64,000 nucleotides of DNA, from NCBI GenBank assembly GCA_946965045.2, contig OX337232.1, positions 1,240,001 through 1,304,000 on the forward strand, in the 5' to 3' direction. The stretch is from Epithemia pelagica. Taxonomy: Eukaryota > Protista > Bacillariophyta. The position numbers and the translations under genes were made by a program. How positions within the stretch are numbered: position 1 is the stretch's first letter; every line of letters begins with the position of its first letter. Under the pieces are notes generated by a model. That model made no database searches. It saw nothing but the letters and a program-made list of their open reading frames with translations, and had not been told where the DNA came from. This document shows positions 12,337 through 22,864 of this stretch, piece after piece.

Positions 12337-12756
12337 TTAATCATCGCCATCATCATCATCACCAATGGAGCGTGTGTAAATTTGTTGTGCTCTAGAAAGC
12401 AACACAGGTCGAATTTTGCCTTCTTCGGCCAAGTCTCGTAGCGCTCGTCGCGCCAATCCTCCCGACACCTTTAGTTTTTCCACCACTGCGGATACTGTAA
12501 TGAGCTTCATTTTCGGTACTTCCTTATGAAGACGATCGAATTGTTCTTTGGACATCAGAACTTTGTTGTCCACCTTATCGCGACTTTTTCCCTTGGACCA
12601 CTTCTTCTTCTTTCCCTTACCACCAGCCATGGCGGCGGCCATTTTTTGTTCCTTCGACTTCTGCTGAACTTTCGGCGGCTAAAGAAAATCATCCACATTT
12701 CGGGGTCAGTTTATGCGCATCATACAAAGGAAATAGTCTGCAACAACACGTACCAT
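12337..12756 (-). CDS. RPS25: 40S ribosomal protein S25 (eS25); exons 12754-12756 (ATG) and 12337-12678
   Basis: MPPKVQQKSKEQKMAAAMAGGKGKKKKWSKGK..KLITVSAVVEKLKVSGGLARRAL. GT-AG intron 12679-12753. Confidence 0.95.
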
Positions 12757-12971
12757 TTTGAGAATATATCAAATCACCAACTCTACCGTCAAGGTTTCTA
12801 TGATCTAAACAGACAACCTGCCTCCGGTTGATGGACACAAACCACAACAAGAATCTGTGCGGTGAGTTTCCAGTAACGCGGTAAGAGAAATAATCATCAG
12901 TCGCACAAATATTTCATGACATTTCATCAAACCCTCCTCATTGCGATCATCATATTATATGAACATGGAAC

Positions 12972-13922
12972 ATGGGAACCATTACCAAATGCACTCGAGG
13001 ATGTTATAAAAGAAAATTTGTCGCTCGTGGAAAGCGAGCAGAGAATGAGAGTGGGTGGAACAATATTTTTGCTGAAGACGAATCCGACGAGGACGTCAGT
13101 GGCATGGACAATACGTTGCCTACACTCTTCCCGTCAACGCTGATGATTCCTCGAGCTTTTCAGGAGAACCCCGACAGAAGGGTCGAACTGATCATTTCGC
13201 AGTCTGAAAAAGGATTTGGACATACAGGCGAAGATACAACAGGCCATGTGTTGTGGGGTGCTGCGTGTTGTTTGGCTCACTATCTGTTGGCAGATCATAC
13301 CGATAAAAACGGCAGGGTCTTGTCGGTGAAGGATCATACGGTGTTGGAACTCGGATGTGGATCCTGCTGTGTTCCGAGTTTAGTTGTCTCGCGGTATATG
13401 GCACCGCGTTGTGTTTATGCCACCGACATGTCACAGTCCTCGTTGAAGATTGCACGCCTCCAGGCCGCTCAAAATCCTGTCAGTCCCCCGGCAATGGACA
13501 CGCTCCGTATCGAATCCCTGGATTGGGGAGAGGTATCGGAATAAGAGGAAAACGAAGATACCACAAGAGACATGAATGGATCATTCCCACAACATATACG
13601 CGGTAAGGTGGACCTAGTGTTGGCTGCCGACGTCGTGTACGGAGTAGCCATGGTCCCCTCTTTGGTATCCATGATTCAACAATGCAGTCATGCCGACACA
13701 GTGGTACTAATGGCGACACGCGATGGACGAAGAGGAATTGCAGAATTCCAAATGCTCATGGAGCAGACGAAGAATGGTTTTCTATGCGTGGATCAAGTCA
13801 CATATGACGAGGTGCCATGTACCATGGTCGGCGACGAAAACACCAAAGCACGTTGGCAAGGAAGACACACCATCTACAAGTATGTGCCGGACTTGCAGCA
13901 TCAGAAAGGCCGTCCAAAATGA
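12972..13922 (+). pseudogene. Family-16 (METTL21/22-like) lysine methyltransferase with an in-frame TAA at 13542-13544
   Basis: TGHVLWGAACCLA, VLELGCG, LDWGE and DLVLAADVVY motifs are all in one frame. The two listed ORFs are separated by a single TAA, with no plausible intron. Confidence 0.75.
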
Positions 13923-14205
13923 CAACGTTTGGGTTTCAATGGAATTTTCGAAAAGCCTTTGCAACTTTAGGGACAAAGTAAGCAACAGTCCAGGATGGAT
14001 TGTTCCAGGATCTTTCATTGTGAGAACACCCTTCGCTTTCATCTTACAGACACTTTGACATCTTCAAGGATGACGAATGGGAGGCTAGATCCTGTGTCCG
14101 TTGTCCAGTTGCAGCGTACAAGCCCTTGAGAATTGGTAATCTTTCTCTTTGTCATGGCATTTTCTTTTTCATGCGTAGAGAAGTTACTCATAAGATAACA
14201 ACACG

Positions 14206-15063
14206 TCATGAATCTTGGTCGCGTTGTGAGTATCTTTGGTTTCTTCGTTCAATTGCTGCACGAATATCGCCATTGGCTTGCTCAATGGTTCTCAAGTTGG
14301 CAAGGAATCCCAAGTTTGGCATGGCGTCGTGTCGGACAGCTCGTATTTTTTGCAATGCCGTGTTCACCGTCAAGCCGTGCTGTCGTGAGAGCAACCATGC
14401 CGCGCACACGGAAACGGATCGAGAGATTCCAAAGGCGCAATGCACCAATACGTGACCCGGTTCTGGTTGTGGTTGTGGTTGGTCCAACCCGGTCAATCCG
14501 TGATCCATGGCATTCAGCACCTCCACCAGTCGTTCACAAAGAAAGGGGGAATTCGCCTTGTCGTCCATGATCCATTCAATGTGTTGTCGTATATGGATGG
14601 AATGCTTGTTTTGCAGTTCGGTCACGGACGCTTGAACCAACTGCACCAATTTCGGAGAATGAACCAAGGAAACAATCGTCCAACCAGGACGACGATAACG
14701 TGAATTGTCATTCGTGGAAGCTCGGCGGAGTGTCGTTGTTCCTTCATCATCACCTGTCAGTGAATGATGATTATTATTTTTGGAGAGTAACAATTCCAAA
14801 GGCACTGTGTCGTGGTGGCGACAAGTGTTGTCCTTTTCGTCCAAGAAGGTGTGACGATTGGAAGGAAATTTTGATTCTTCTACTACAACCTTTGGAATTT
14901 CCTTCAAAGCTCCCACTCCACCCACCCATAGTCCAGGCTGGATCTCCCCCATTAGATCACGATTGACGCAAGGACCATTGTTGCTCCTTGCGCTACTATC
15001 GTTCGTCGTCATGGTCGAACTACTGATCCACGGGTCGGTAGTAGTAAAAATCACTGGACACAA
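14206..15063 (-). CDS. Dual-specificity protein phosphatase
   Basis: [10 protein letters not shown], catalytic loop [30 protein letters not shown]. Confidence 0.9.
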   Translation of the reverse strand: MCPVIFTTTDPWISSSTMTTNDSSARSNNGPCVNRDLMGEIQPGLWVGGVGALKEIPKVVVEESKFPSNRHTFLDEKDNTCRHHDTVPLELLLSKNNNHHSLTGDDEGTTTLRRASTNDNSRYRRPGWTIVSLVHSPKLVQLVQASVTELQNKHSIHIRQHIEWIMDDKANSPFLCERLVEVLNAMDHGLTGLDQPQPQPEPGHVLVHCAFGISRSVSVCAAWLLSRQHGLTVNTALQKIRAVRHDAMPNLGFLANLRTIEQANGDIRAAIERRNQRYSQRDQDS

Positions 15064-15208
15064 CTAACTATATCTACAAATCCAGTCACGGATGGGTAGC
15101 GCTATGTAGGATCCCTCTAGCTAGGTACGATCTTACAGAGTACTCCTACGATTTTTCGTATTCGAGATTATCTCTGAATCCATGAAATTCTGGACCTCGT
15201 CTTTTCAA

Positions 15209-16271
15209 CTACGTCAGTTCCAACGACACAGCGGTGGTTGCATCGGGGGCAGAAGAAGTTTCATCTTGGACTGCAGAGGTGGTTGTCGTGTCCGACAAGG
15301 CAGTGCCTTCGTCGTCGTCGCCGTCATCCGTCTGTGCCGCAAGAACATGTTCGCCCGCAGTCAAAGTAGACCTCCTTTGTTGGACAGCTCGTGCGACAAG
15401 TATGCCTGCAATCAGAACCAATACAGCCAGAACAAGGATCCTTGTCGGTCGCGACGACGACGACGAAGCACTTTGCAGGACCGACGACCACAGTGATTCT
15501 GTACCAGTCGTTGCGTTTGTGCCACTACTTTCTCCATCATCGTCATTGCACCCAGGTAGAGGATCCAGCCAGGGACTCCCTTCGCGCTCCAAACACAAAT
15601 TTCGCATCGTTCCTTCTCCAATACAATGTGTATTAAATGGCCCCGCCTGCAAGGATCCAAACCACCTGTTCCATCGATAGGCAGCCAATTCTAGGTTGGT
15701 ATCAAGGTCTTGTTCAAACTGGTATCCATTTTCGGCATTCTTGAAAAAGATGAGCGTGTCATTGTTGACAATCCGCCATTCGGAAATGGGATCGGCGGGT
15801 GGTCCCATATATTCGGCCTTCCATTCCCATTGGGGTGGAACCTCCTTGGCCACACCCCAGCTCCCATATCCACCCCAGGCCGGCGCATATCACCACGGAT
15901 CCTGGACAAACAAGTCTCGATTGTCCGCCGTCGAAAACCAAAATTGATAGCCCTGAAAATTATAGGCGTGGTCGGAACGACCCCGAACGGCCGCTCCACC
16001 TTGATCGTTAGGCTTGATCCTGTGATACTCCACCACATCGTATCCCAACAAGACCGGATGAGCTTCATAGAGTTGGTCGCAGGCATTGGTCTGATTGGGA
16101 ACCGCCACCGTTTTCGGTAGTGAGGTGATCACATCGTCTGCTGACATGGAAAGATAACACGCTCCCTTCTAAATTTGAGGTCACAATCGGGGCGACAAGC
16201 CACAAGATCTGCAATTCGACGCAGATCCAACGCAAAACGCTACCTCCGTCTCGTTCGCGTTGCCCCGTCAT
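15209..16271 (-). pseudogene. YHS-domain membrane-anchored protein with an in-frame TGA (15890-15892) and a probable frameshift near 16148
   Basis: GYDVVEY..AVRG..YQFWFSTADNRDLFVQDPW*YAPAWGGYGSWG reads through the TGA in frame. C-terminal TM helix ILVLAVLVLIAGILVA. The hydrophobic leader (MTGQ..WICVELQILWLVAPIV) is in another frame. Confidence 0.65.
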
Positions 16272-16845
16272 CGATCTCCGCCGATCTTTGTCAGATAATT
16301 GCCCTCCATCCGGGTCAGCTGCCTCCAACGTCACCAAGAACTTGAATAAGGAAGGTTCGTAAACACCGTAGAAAATATTCGAGATTCCTTGTACTCTCTC
16401 TGTTCACTATGTCAGTAAAACTTTTATTCAGGATTTGACTTGCTCTTAGATGCGCTGTACGCCTCAGAGTTCACCTCAGAAATATTTAGTAGTATTTTAT
16501 TTCAATTTAATACGATATATCGCTAGGATGAAGTGACGTGTTCGGAAGCAAAATATGACTTTGCGCAACCTCGATTGCGGCGTGGTCACATCGGAAAAGG
16601 TGAGTGTGCCGCGGTTGAACCACTCAGCAACTGCGAATGATACACACACTTGCGGGAGGATGATCGTTCTTTCGCACTGTGAGTGTCTCACAAAGCAACA
16701 ACGCTCTCTGCAACGAACCGACCAACGCACGCAGCCGGACGCATACATCACCCGCCACTTTTTTCGCAGAGATCTCCGCTGCTCTCTCTCTCGTGTTTAC
16801 GTGTACCTCGTGCAAGGGAATCGTTTGATTTGAAAGAGACAGACC

Positions 16846-18819
16846 ATGGTGGACATGACCCAGATAAAAGCTGAGGCGGCCTCGCCCGAGTTGGTCGTCG
16901 TGGAAGAGAAGACCGTCAAGAAGCAGGGAGTCGATCAGATTGGATATGTTCCGACCCACACGGCAAAGGAACGAGACACTCGGTATGATTGGCTCTTCTT
17001 TTTCGGGCCACTCCTGTTTAGTCCAATCACCCCCGTTGTTCCATTGTACGTTTCCACCATTGTGCGAATGGTGGCGACACATCTTTTCTTGACCCTGCAC
17101 TACATGTTTGTCGACAAGCACAACTATCTCAACAAACTCACTCAGAAGCAACTCAAACGAGAAAAAGACGACTACTTCACCGCTTATTTCTTGCACATGT
17201 ACATCCAAATCCCCTTGCAGCTCATTTTCCCTACCATGTTCTTTGCGCCGGCGTCGGAGATTCCCGACTGTGCCTTTGAAGTGCTCATGGCCCACATTTT
17301 TGTCGTCGAACCGCTCTATTACTTTGCCCATCGATGGTTGCACGGTCCGACACAAATGAAGTCCATGCATGGCTTTCATCATCTTTCCATCAACACACTT
17401 CCGTCCACCTCTCTTGTCCAAAACTTTTACGAGCACTTTTTGTACGTTGCCACGTTTGGACCAGCCTTTTTGGTCCCTTTCTTGATCACCTGGCGCATGC
17501 ACTGGTCTGTGGTTGCTGGATACTTGTTGTTCTTTGACATTGCCAACGCGTTTGGTCACACCAACATTCGGATTCGACACTGGCTCTTCACCAGCCCCTT
17601 TTCCCCCCTGACCTATCTTTTCTACACACCCGAGTACCATTTGGGACATCACGCATACTTCAATTCCAACTACGGTTTGTTCATGCCGATTTGGGATGCC
17701 CTTTTTGGAACCTTCCGCTCGTACCAGAAGAAAGATCGCGAAATGCTCTCCAAGGATCAGCAGGATTTTGTCTTTATTGGACACAACGGAGGTCTTGGTC
17801 ACTTGCTGACTGTCCCAGAACTCAGTTTCTACAATATTTACAACGAATACGTCCGTACTTGGTTGCCAATCAAGATGGAGTTCTTGATCATGCACTCTAT
17901 CGCCATGATTTACAGGGTCTTCTCAAAGCTCTACTACACCCCTCGGTTCTGCATTGCCAATGAGTTTATTGGCCAGATTGTTGTCTTGGCGCGTACTCCG
18001 TACGACTACATGACGTCTTCTCACTACAAGACAGTCAACAAGGAAATTGTGGAATGTATGATTAACGAGCACAAGACCAAGGGAACTCGCTACTTTGGTT
18101 TGGGAAACTTGAACAAAATGAAGCAACTGAACGACGGGGGTCGAGAAGTTGTTCGCATGGTCAAGGAAGACGCATATTTGAAGGACAAGAAGATCCGGGT
18201 ATGGACCGGTGATACTTGTACCGTTGCATCCGTATACCACATTATTGCGGACCTGAAGGACCTAAAGGAATTTTACTACATTGGTGCGGGTGGCAAAGTT
18301 GGAACAGCTGTGTGCCAATTGTTGACCAAGAACAGGCCGGATGTCAAGATCCGAATTTTTTCTCGCAATCATGCGATTGAACATCCCAATATTTCGTATT
18401 CGACGGATCTGTCAGAAATGACACGATACAAGTATGTGTTGATTGGAAAGTTCCTTTCCGAAAAGCTCTACGCCAGTGCCTTCAAAGGAGCTTCCAATGT
18501 CAGAACAGAAATGTTGTTTGACTACACAGTTCCAGCCATGTCGATACCAGCGGTGCGAAAACACCCCGCTGGTATACAACATTTCAAGGTCGGTCTGCTA
18601 AAGACTGCACCAAACAATACTTTCCTCAAGGGCTACTACGATGTATGCATGGGCCATCCCCAGAATCACATTGTTCCTTGCTACTTTGGCTGCATCCTCA
18701 ACACTGTGGAAGGTCGTGAAACGGATGAAGTTGGAGATATCTGCCTCAACGAGGTTGACCGAAGTTGGAAGCAGGTTCTGGCGCGTGGTTTCTCAAATGC
18801 ACGAGTTGAACTCCATTAG
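16846..18819 (+). CDS. CER1/CER3(WAX2)-like fatty acid hydroxylase + WAX2 C-terminal domain protein (alkane/alkene-forming)
   Basis: Three His boxes (AHRWLH, HGFHH, YHLGHH) in a multi-TM N-half. C-half has FGLGNLNK, LNDGG, GDTCTVA, GKVGTAVC and HIVPCYFG. Confidence 0.85.
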   Translation: MVDMTQIKAEAASPELVVVEEKTVKKQGVDQIGYVPTHTAKERDTRYDWLFFFGPLLFSPITPVVPLYVSTIVRMVATHLFLTLHYMFVDKHNYLNKLTQKQLKREKDDYFTAYFLHMYIQIPLQLIFPTMFFAPASEIPDCAFEVLMAHIFVVEPLYYFAHRWLHGPTQMKSMHGFHHLSINTLPSTSLVQNFYEHFLYVATFGPAFLVPFLITWRMHWSVVAGYLLFFDIANAFGHTNIRIRHWLFTSPFSPLTYLFYTPEYHLGHHAYFNSNYGLFMPIWDALFGTFRSYQKKDREMLSKDQQDFVFIGHNGGLGHLLTVPELSFYNIYNEYVRTWLPIKMEFLIMHSIAMIYRVFSKLYYTPRFCIANEFIGQIVVLARTPYDYMTSSHYKTVNKEIVECMINEHKTKGTRYFGLGNLNKMKQLNDGGREVVRMVKEDAYLKDKKIRVWTGDTCTVASVYHIIADLKDLKEFYYIGAGGKVGTAVCQLLTKNRPDVKIRIFSRNHAIEHPNISYSTDLSEMTRYKYVLIGKFLSEKLYASAFKGASNVRTEMLFDYTVPAMSIPAVRKHPAGIQHFKVGLLKTAPNNTFLKGYYDVCMGHPQNHIVPCYFGCILNTVEGRETDEVGDICLNEVDRSWKQVLARGFSNARVELH

Positions 18820-19140
18820 TGTATGTACCGAAGACTTTTTTTATTTACAACAACTAGATCGCAGAAATAGCACATGCATATTTTAAATTTACACATTTCC
18901 AACACAGTGAGCCTCCGAGTTGACCTCTGGAGAGACGAAAATGGTTAGACATATTGTTCTGAGTCGAACGGTTCATCTGACTTTCTTCTGCCGTAAAGCC
19001 AATGCAGACTCCCGATAATTCCACACCTCAATGTGTGAGCCAAAATGCAAGCTAGAGCATGCAAACTACTTACATACGATTTCATCCAGGCATCTACAGT
19101 GGAAGTCAGAAAGATGAAACCAAACAATTGAACTACTTGA

Positions 19141-20531
19141 TTACTTTTGCTTCGAAGCCAAAGGTCCAAGGAATTTTGCCTTCTCCTCATCGGTTTGGAA
19201 GCGACCATGTCCAAGTTTGGAACTGGTGTCAATGAATTTGATGTCAATATTCTCCAAGTGTTTGCGGGAGGAGTGTTTCATCAAAGACTTGCGGAGAATC
19301 AAGGGGCGCTTCTTCACACCAACAACGGCACCCTTGACCATGATCCAATCTTCACGCACTTCACCGTATCGGACAAATCCTCCCATGGGCGTGATTCCTT
19401 TCTTGGTCAAATCGGCATCTGTAGAGCAACTGGATTCATCACCCTTCTTTCCGATACGGTACACCTTTTTGTTCATTTCGGTACGATGAAAGTATCCATT
19501 CTGACCGGCGCGAGGAACCGTGGTGGAAACACGCGCTGGATGCCACGAACCAATACAGGCAACCTTACGCAAACCACGGTGTGTCTTACGCGGCAAACGA
19601 GTGACACCCCATCGAGTGGTCACACCTTCGTACCCTCGTCCCTTGGTAACACCAATCACATCAATTTGTTCATCCTTGGCAAAAATGGTATCCACATGAA
19701 CTTCCTTTTCAAAGAGACCCTTGGCAAAGTCAACCTTCGCCGCGGTGTCACCACCATTCACTTGGATTTCCATAATGTGAGCCTTTTTCAAGCGCAAGTT
19801 CAGCTTCTTCACCTGAGTATGGGCAATCACACGAACAACGGTACAAAAGTTCTTGATGCGGTCCAATTCAGATTCGATTTCCTTTCCGTCTTCCTTGGTG
19901 TATTTAAGAGCATATTTGGTGTACGCCTTCTTCTTGCTGCGGAACCAGTTCTTGTACACACGGCGCTTGAACTCATCACTCAAATGCTCGGCAAAGACAG
20001 TGGTCAAGGAGCGCAACCCCTGGGGGGTTTCCACGTAACCAACCACACCAACAACCACCATCGGAGGGGTTTCAATGACGGACACAGCATCAACGACTTC
20101 GCGCTTGTGCATAAGCGCACCAGGACGATCGACACCGCGGACAACATGGGTCATACCAGCCTTGTATCCACGAAAGGCAGTCAAATGAGGTTGTGCCGAT
20201 GAATCAGCGTCCTTTGGGAACGAACGAATGCGACCAGCATGGTGCTTAGTGCGCTTCTTGGGCAAGAAACCCAAGTTACCACAACGAGGAGCCTCAAACT
20301 TACGGTGAGACCTGCCAACGGAGATCAATTCGTTCCATATCAACAACAAACAAAATGTTAGTAGGCGGTAAGAGGTAAATGGATGGGCAAGCTAAGAAGG
20401 ACGGTAGTTGTTGCTTCATGCTTTCTGATTCACACGTTTGTTCGGAAATCAATGAAAACAGCCCATAATTCAACAACGGAAATTGAAATCGACCGTCGAT
20501 CAATCTTCATTCATCGTCGTTCGACTTACAT
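19141..20531 (-). CDS. RPL3: 60S ribosomal protein L3 (uL3); exons 20530-20531 (AT) and 19141-20311
   Basis: [47 protein letters not shown]. The start codon is split AT|G by a GTAAGT..CAG intron at 20312-20529. Confidence 0.96.
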
Positions 20532-20966
20532 GGTGGAATCGATGCAAAAGTGGTTGCAATGTGCGGTGGGTGGAGGACGCAAGTTAATTAACCGCAACCA
20601 AGTGTCAAAACCCCATCTCTAATAACAGAAGTACCCAGATGTACCCCCGAAATTTGTTCGCAAGTAGACGAATCTCTATTGTATGACGTACGTACGTCAA
20701 CCAATATCGTGAACCACACCCACATGCCCATTCTCCATGCCGATGTAGAGATGATCCAAGAATTCTGAACATAATAGAAGAATTCCACTCTTTCTCCAAC
20801 AACTTGATCTACATGTTCAACGAACGACAATATAGCATGATCGAAGATATGTGTTGACACTCACACTGTAACTCAACAAAAGGATATCGAGGAGAGAAAG
20901 TTTCACTATCATCACGCCCCATCTGCCACCGAAAATATTCATACACGCACCTAAAAATCGTTCACA

Positions 20967-22703
20967 ATGAGCAAAATATGGTTTGGCAGACACATGCTGG
21001 TTGGGTTACTCTTGGTGCTTCAAGTTGTCTGTCCATTAGTCAAGTGTTTTGCTTCGTATTCCAATAATCTCAATCATGATTCTCATGTACTCCGCCATGA
21101 CAACCCAATCTGGAATGGCAAGGACAAGAATGTACAGAAAAACATCTCGAGACGCATTCTTGCTTCTTCACCGTCTGCAGTATGGACAAAGGCGTCGGAC
21201 AAAGACGATATCGTCAATGACCATGGTCAAGATCACCCCTCGATCGAGGACACGGTCAATGAGAACGTGCACCATAGAGCTGACACTCAGAGCAACCAAG
21301 AAAATGCAATAGTCACCACCAAAGAACCTGGCATTTGGCCCTGTTGGGACGAGCTAGATGTACGTTTGACGAAGATTGCCTTGCCCGTAATGGCCAATCT
21401 AGCTATCAATCCATTGATTGGTGCTGTCGATCTCTTTTGGGTCAATCGAATGGGAAATGCCTTGGCTGTGGCTGGGCAAGCAGCGGCAAACCAAGTTTTC
21501 AATTCCGCCTTTTTTGTGGTCACCTTTCTTCCGAGTGTGACGGCCACCATCATCTCCAAAGAGAATGCAAAGAACAATCGTGAGGGAGTTCAAGATGCCA
21601 TTTCTCAAGCCTTGTTACTAGGAGTCATGATTGCACTGGTATGCAATGTCTTGCTCTTCTTCAATCCATCCCAGGTCCTCTCTTCGGTTCTCATGGAGGG
21701 CGCCCCCGCCATGGAATTTGCCACGCCCTACCTGATCTACCGCGCCTTTGCTTTTATACCTTCTCTTATCTCCTTGGTTGGATTTTCCGCCTTTCGTGGT
21801 GTGCTGGATACGGTAACTCCAGTGAAGATTAGCGTGTTTGCGAACATTATCAACGTCATTTTGGACCCTATATTGATCTTTTGGGCGTCCATGGGGGTGA
21901 AGGGGGCTGCCATTGCGACATTAGTGGCCGAAGTTGTTTCAGCAATTATATATCTGGTCGTTCTCCGGAAACGAGACATGCTTTTGTTCTGGAAACTGTT
22001 GCGCCTGCTGTCGTGGAAAAAGTTGGAGCCTCTATTGAAAGGAGGATTTGCCTTACAACTACGCAATGTTGCATTGAACGTTTCTCTTCTTGCCGTTCAA
22101 CGAGTTACTCAGAGAATTGACTCAACGGGCGTTGCAGCCGCGGCCCATCAAATGGCGATTCAGGTCTTTCAGCTTGGAGGAATCGTTCTGTTTGCTCTGT
22201 CCACCGTTGCACAGACTGTTGTACCCAATGACATGGTCGAGAAATATGATGACAAACTAAAGCGGATGACTGGTGGAATCGCAAAGGCCAAGAAAACGTC
22301 TCATCGTCTCATGTCTTGGGGATTGCTGCTTGGTATCAGCCTTGGGGTGATTCAAATGCTGGCATTACCCCTCATACAGAGATCAACGCCACTCCAGGAA
22401 GTCCGAGACGCAGCGAAGATTCCTTCAATTCTAGCCAGCGTATTCCAGTCAATGAACGGCCTTGTTTTTATCGGTGAAGGCATAATGGTTGGAACAGGAA
22501 GCTTTCTTGAGCTCTCCCTGAATACAATCGTAGCTACGGCGGGTTGTCTTTGTGCCCTTAATGTTTTCCCAGATATTTACGGCGTGACTGGAGTTTGGAT
22601 GGGTCTCGAAATCTTCAATGTGCTTCGGATGATTGGGGTGTATCTTCATCTTCGCGTCTATGGCCCGCTTTCCCCTAGGAGAACACGAGACACAAGTTCT
22701 TGA
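20967..22703 (+). CDS. MATE (DinF-like) efflux transporter, probable bipartite plastid presequence
   Basis: IALPVMANLAINPLIGAVD, FSAFRGVLDTVTP, NVILDPILIF, AAHQMAIQV. N-terminal signal peptide ending VKC-F. Confidence 0.88.
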   Translation: MSKIWFGRHMLVGLLLVLQVVCPLVKCFASYSNNLNHDSHVLRHDNPIWNGKDKNVQKNISRRILASSPSAVWTKASDKDDIVNDHGQDHPSIEDTVNENVHHRADTQSNQENAIVTTKEPGIWPCWDELDVRLTKIALPVMANLAINPLIGAVDLFWVNRMGNALAVAGQAAANQVFNSAFFVVTFLPSVTATIISKENAKNNREGVQDAISQALLLGVMIALVCNVLLFFNPSQVLSSVLMEGAPAMEFATPYLIYRAFAFIPSLISLVGFSAFRGVLDTVTPVKISVFANIINVILDPILIFWASMGVKGAAIATLVAEVVSAIIYLVVLRKRDMLLFWKLLRLLSWKKLEPLLKGGFALQLRNVALNVSLLAVQRVTQRIDSTGVAAAAHQMAIQVFQLGGIVLFALSTVAQTVVPNDMVEKYDDKLKRMTGGIAKAKKTSHRLMSWGLLLGISLGVIQMLALPLIQRSTPLQEVRDAAKIPSILASVFQSMNGLVFIGEGIMVGTGSFLELSLNTIVATAGCLCALNVFPDIYGVTGVWMGLEIFNVLRMIGVYLHLRVYGPLSPRRTRDTSS

Positions 22704-22864
22704 TAGGACCATATCATGTGACACTAGTTTGACAATCAACCCAAGCAACGCAACTGATGTTGATAAGAGATCTTAGCTAGCGGAGGATGATTATGTATGA
22801 CTGAGTGGGACAAAATTCAGGACGGTAACTGATCTCTGATGGTGTGATGACGACCAGATTGTGA

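Noticed and set aside
15150-15185. Hairpin ATTCAGAGATAATCTCGAAT downstream of the YHS gene as a SECIS
   Set aside because: Stem too short and lacks the AUGA/GA quartet spacing.
16624-17895. 423-aa minus-strand ORF
   Set aside because: Antisense shadow of the CER1/3-like gene, with no motifs of its own.
19147-20202. 351-aa plus-strand ORF
   Set aside because: Exact antisense shadow of RPL3, explained by codon bias in a highly expressed gene.
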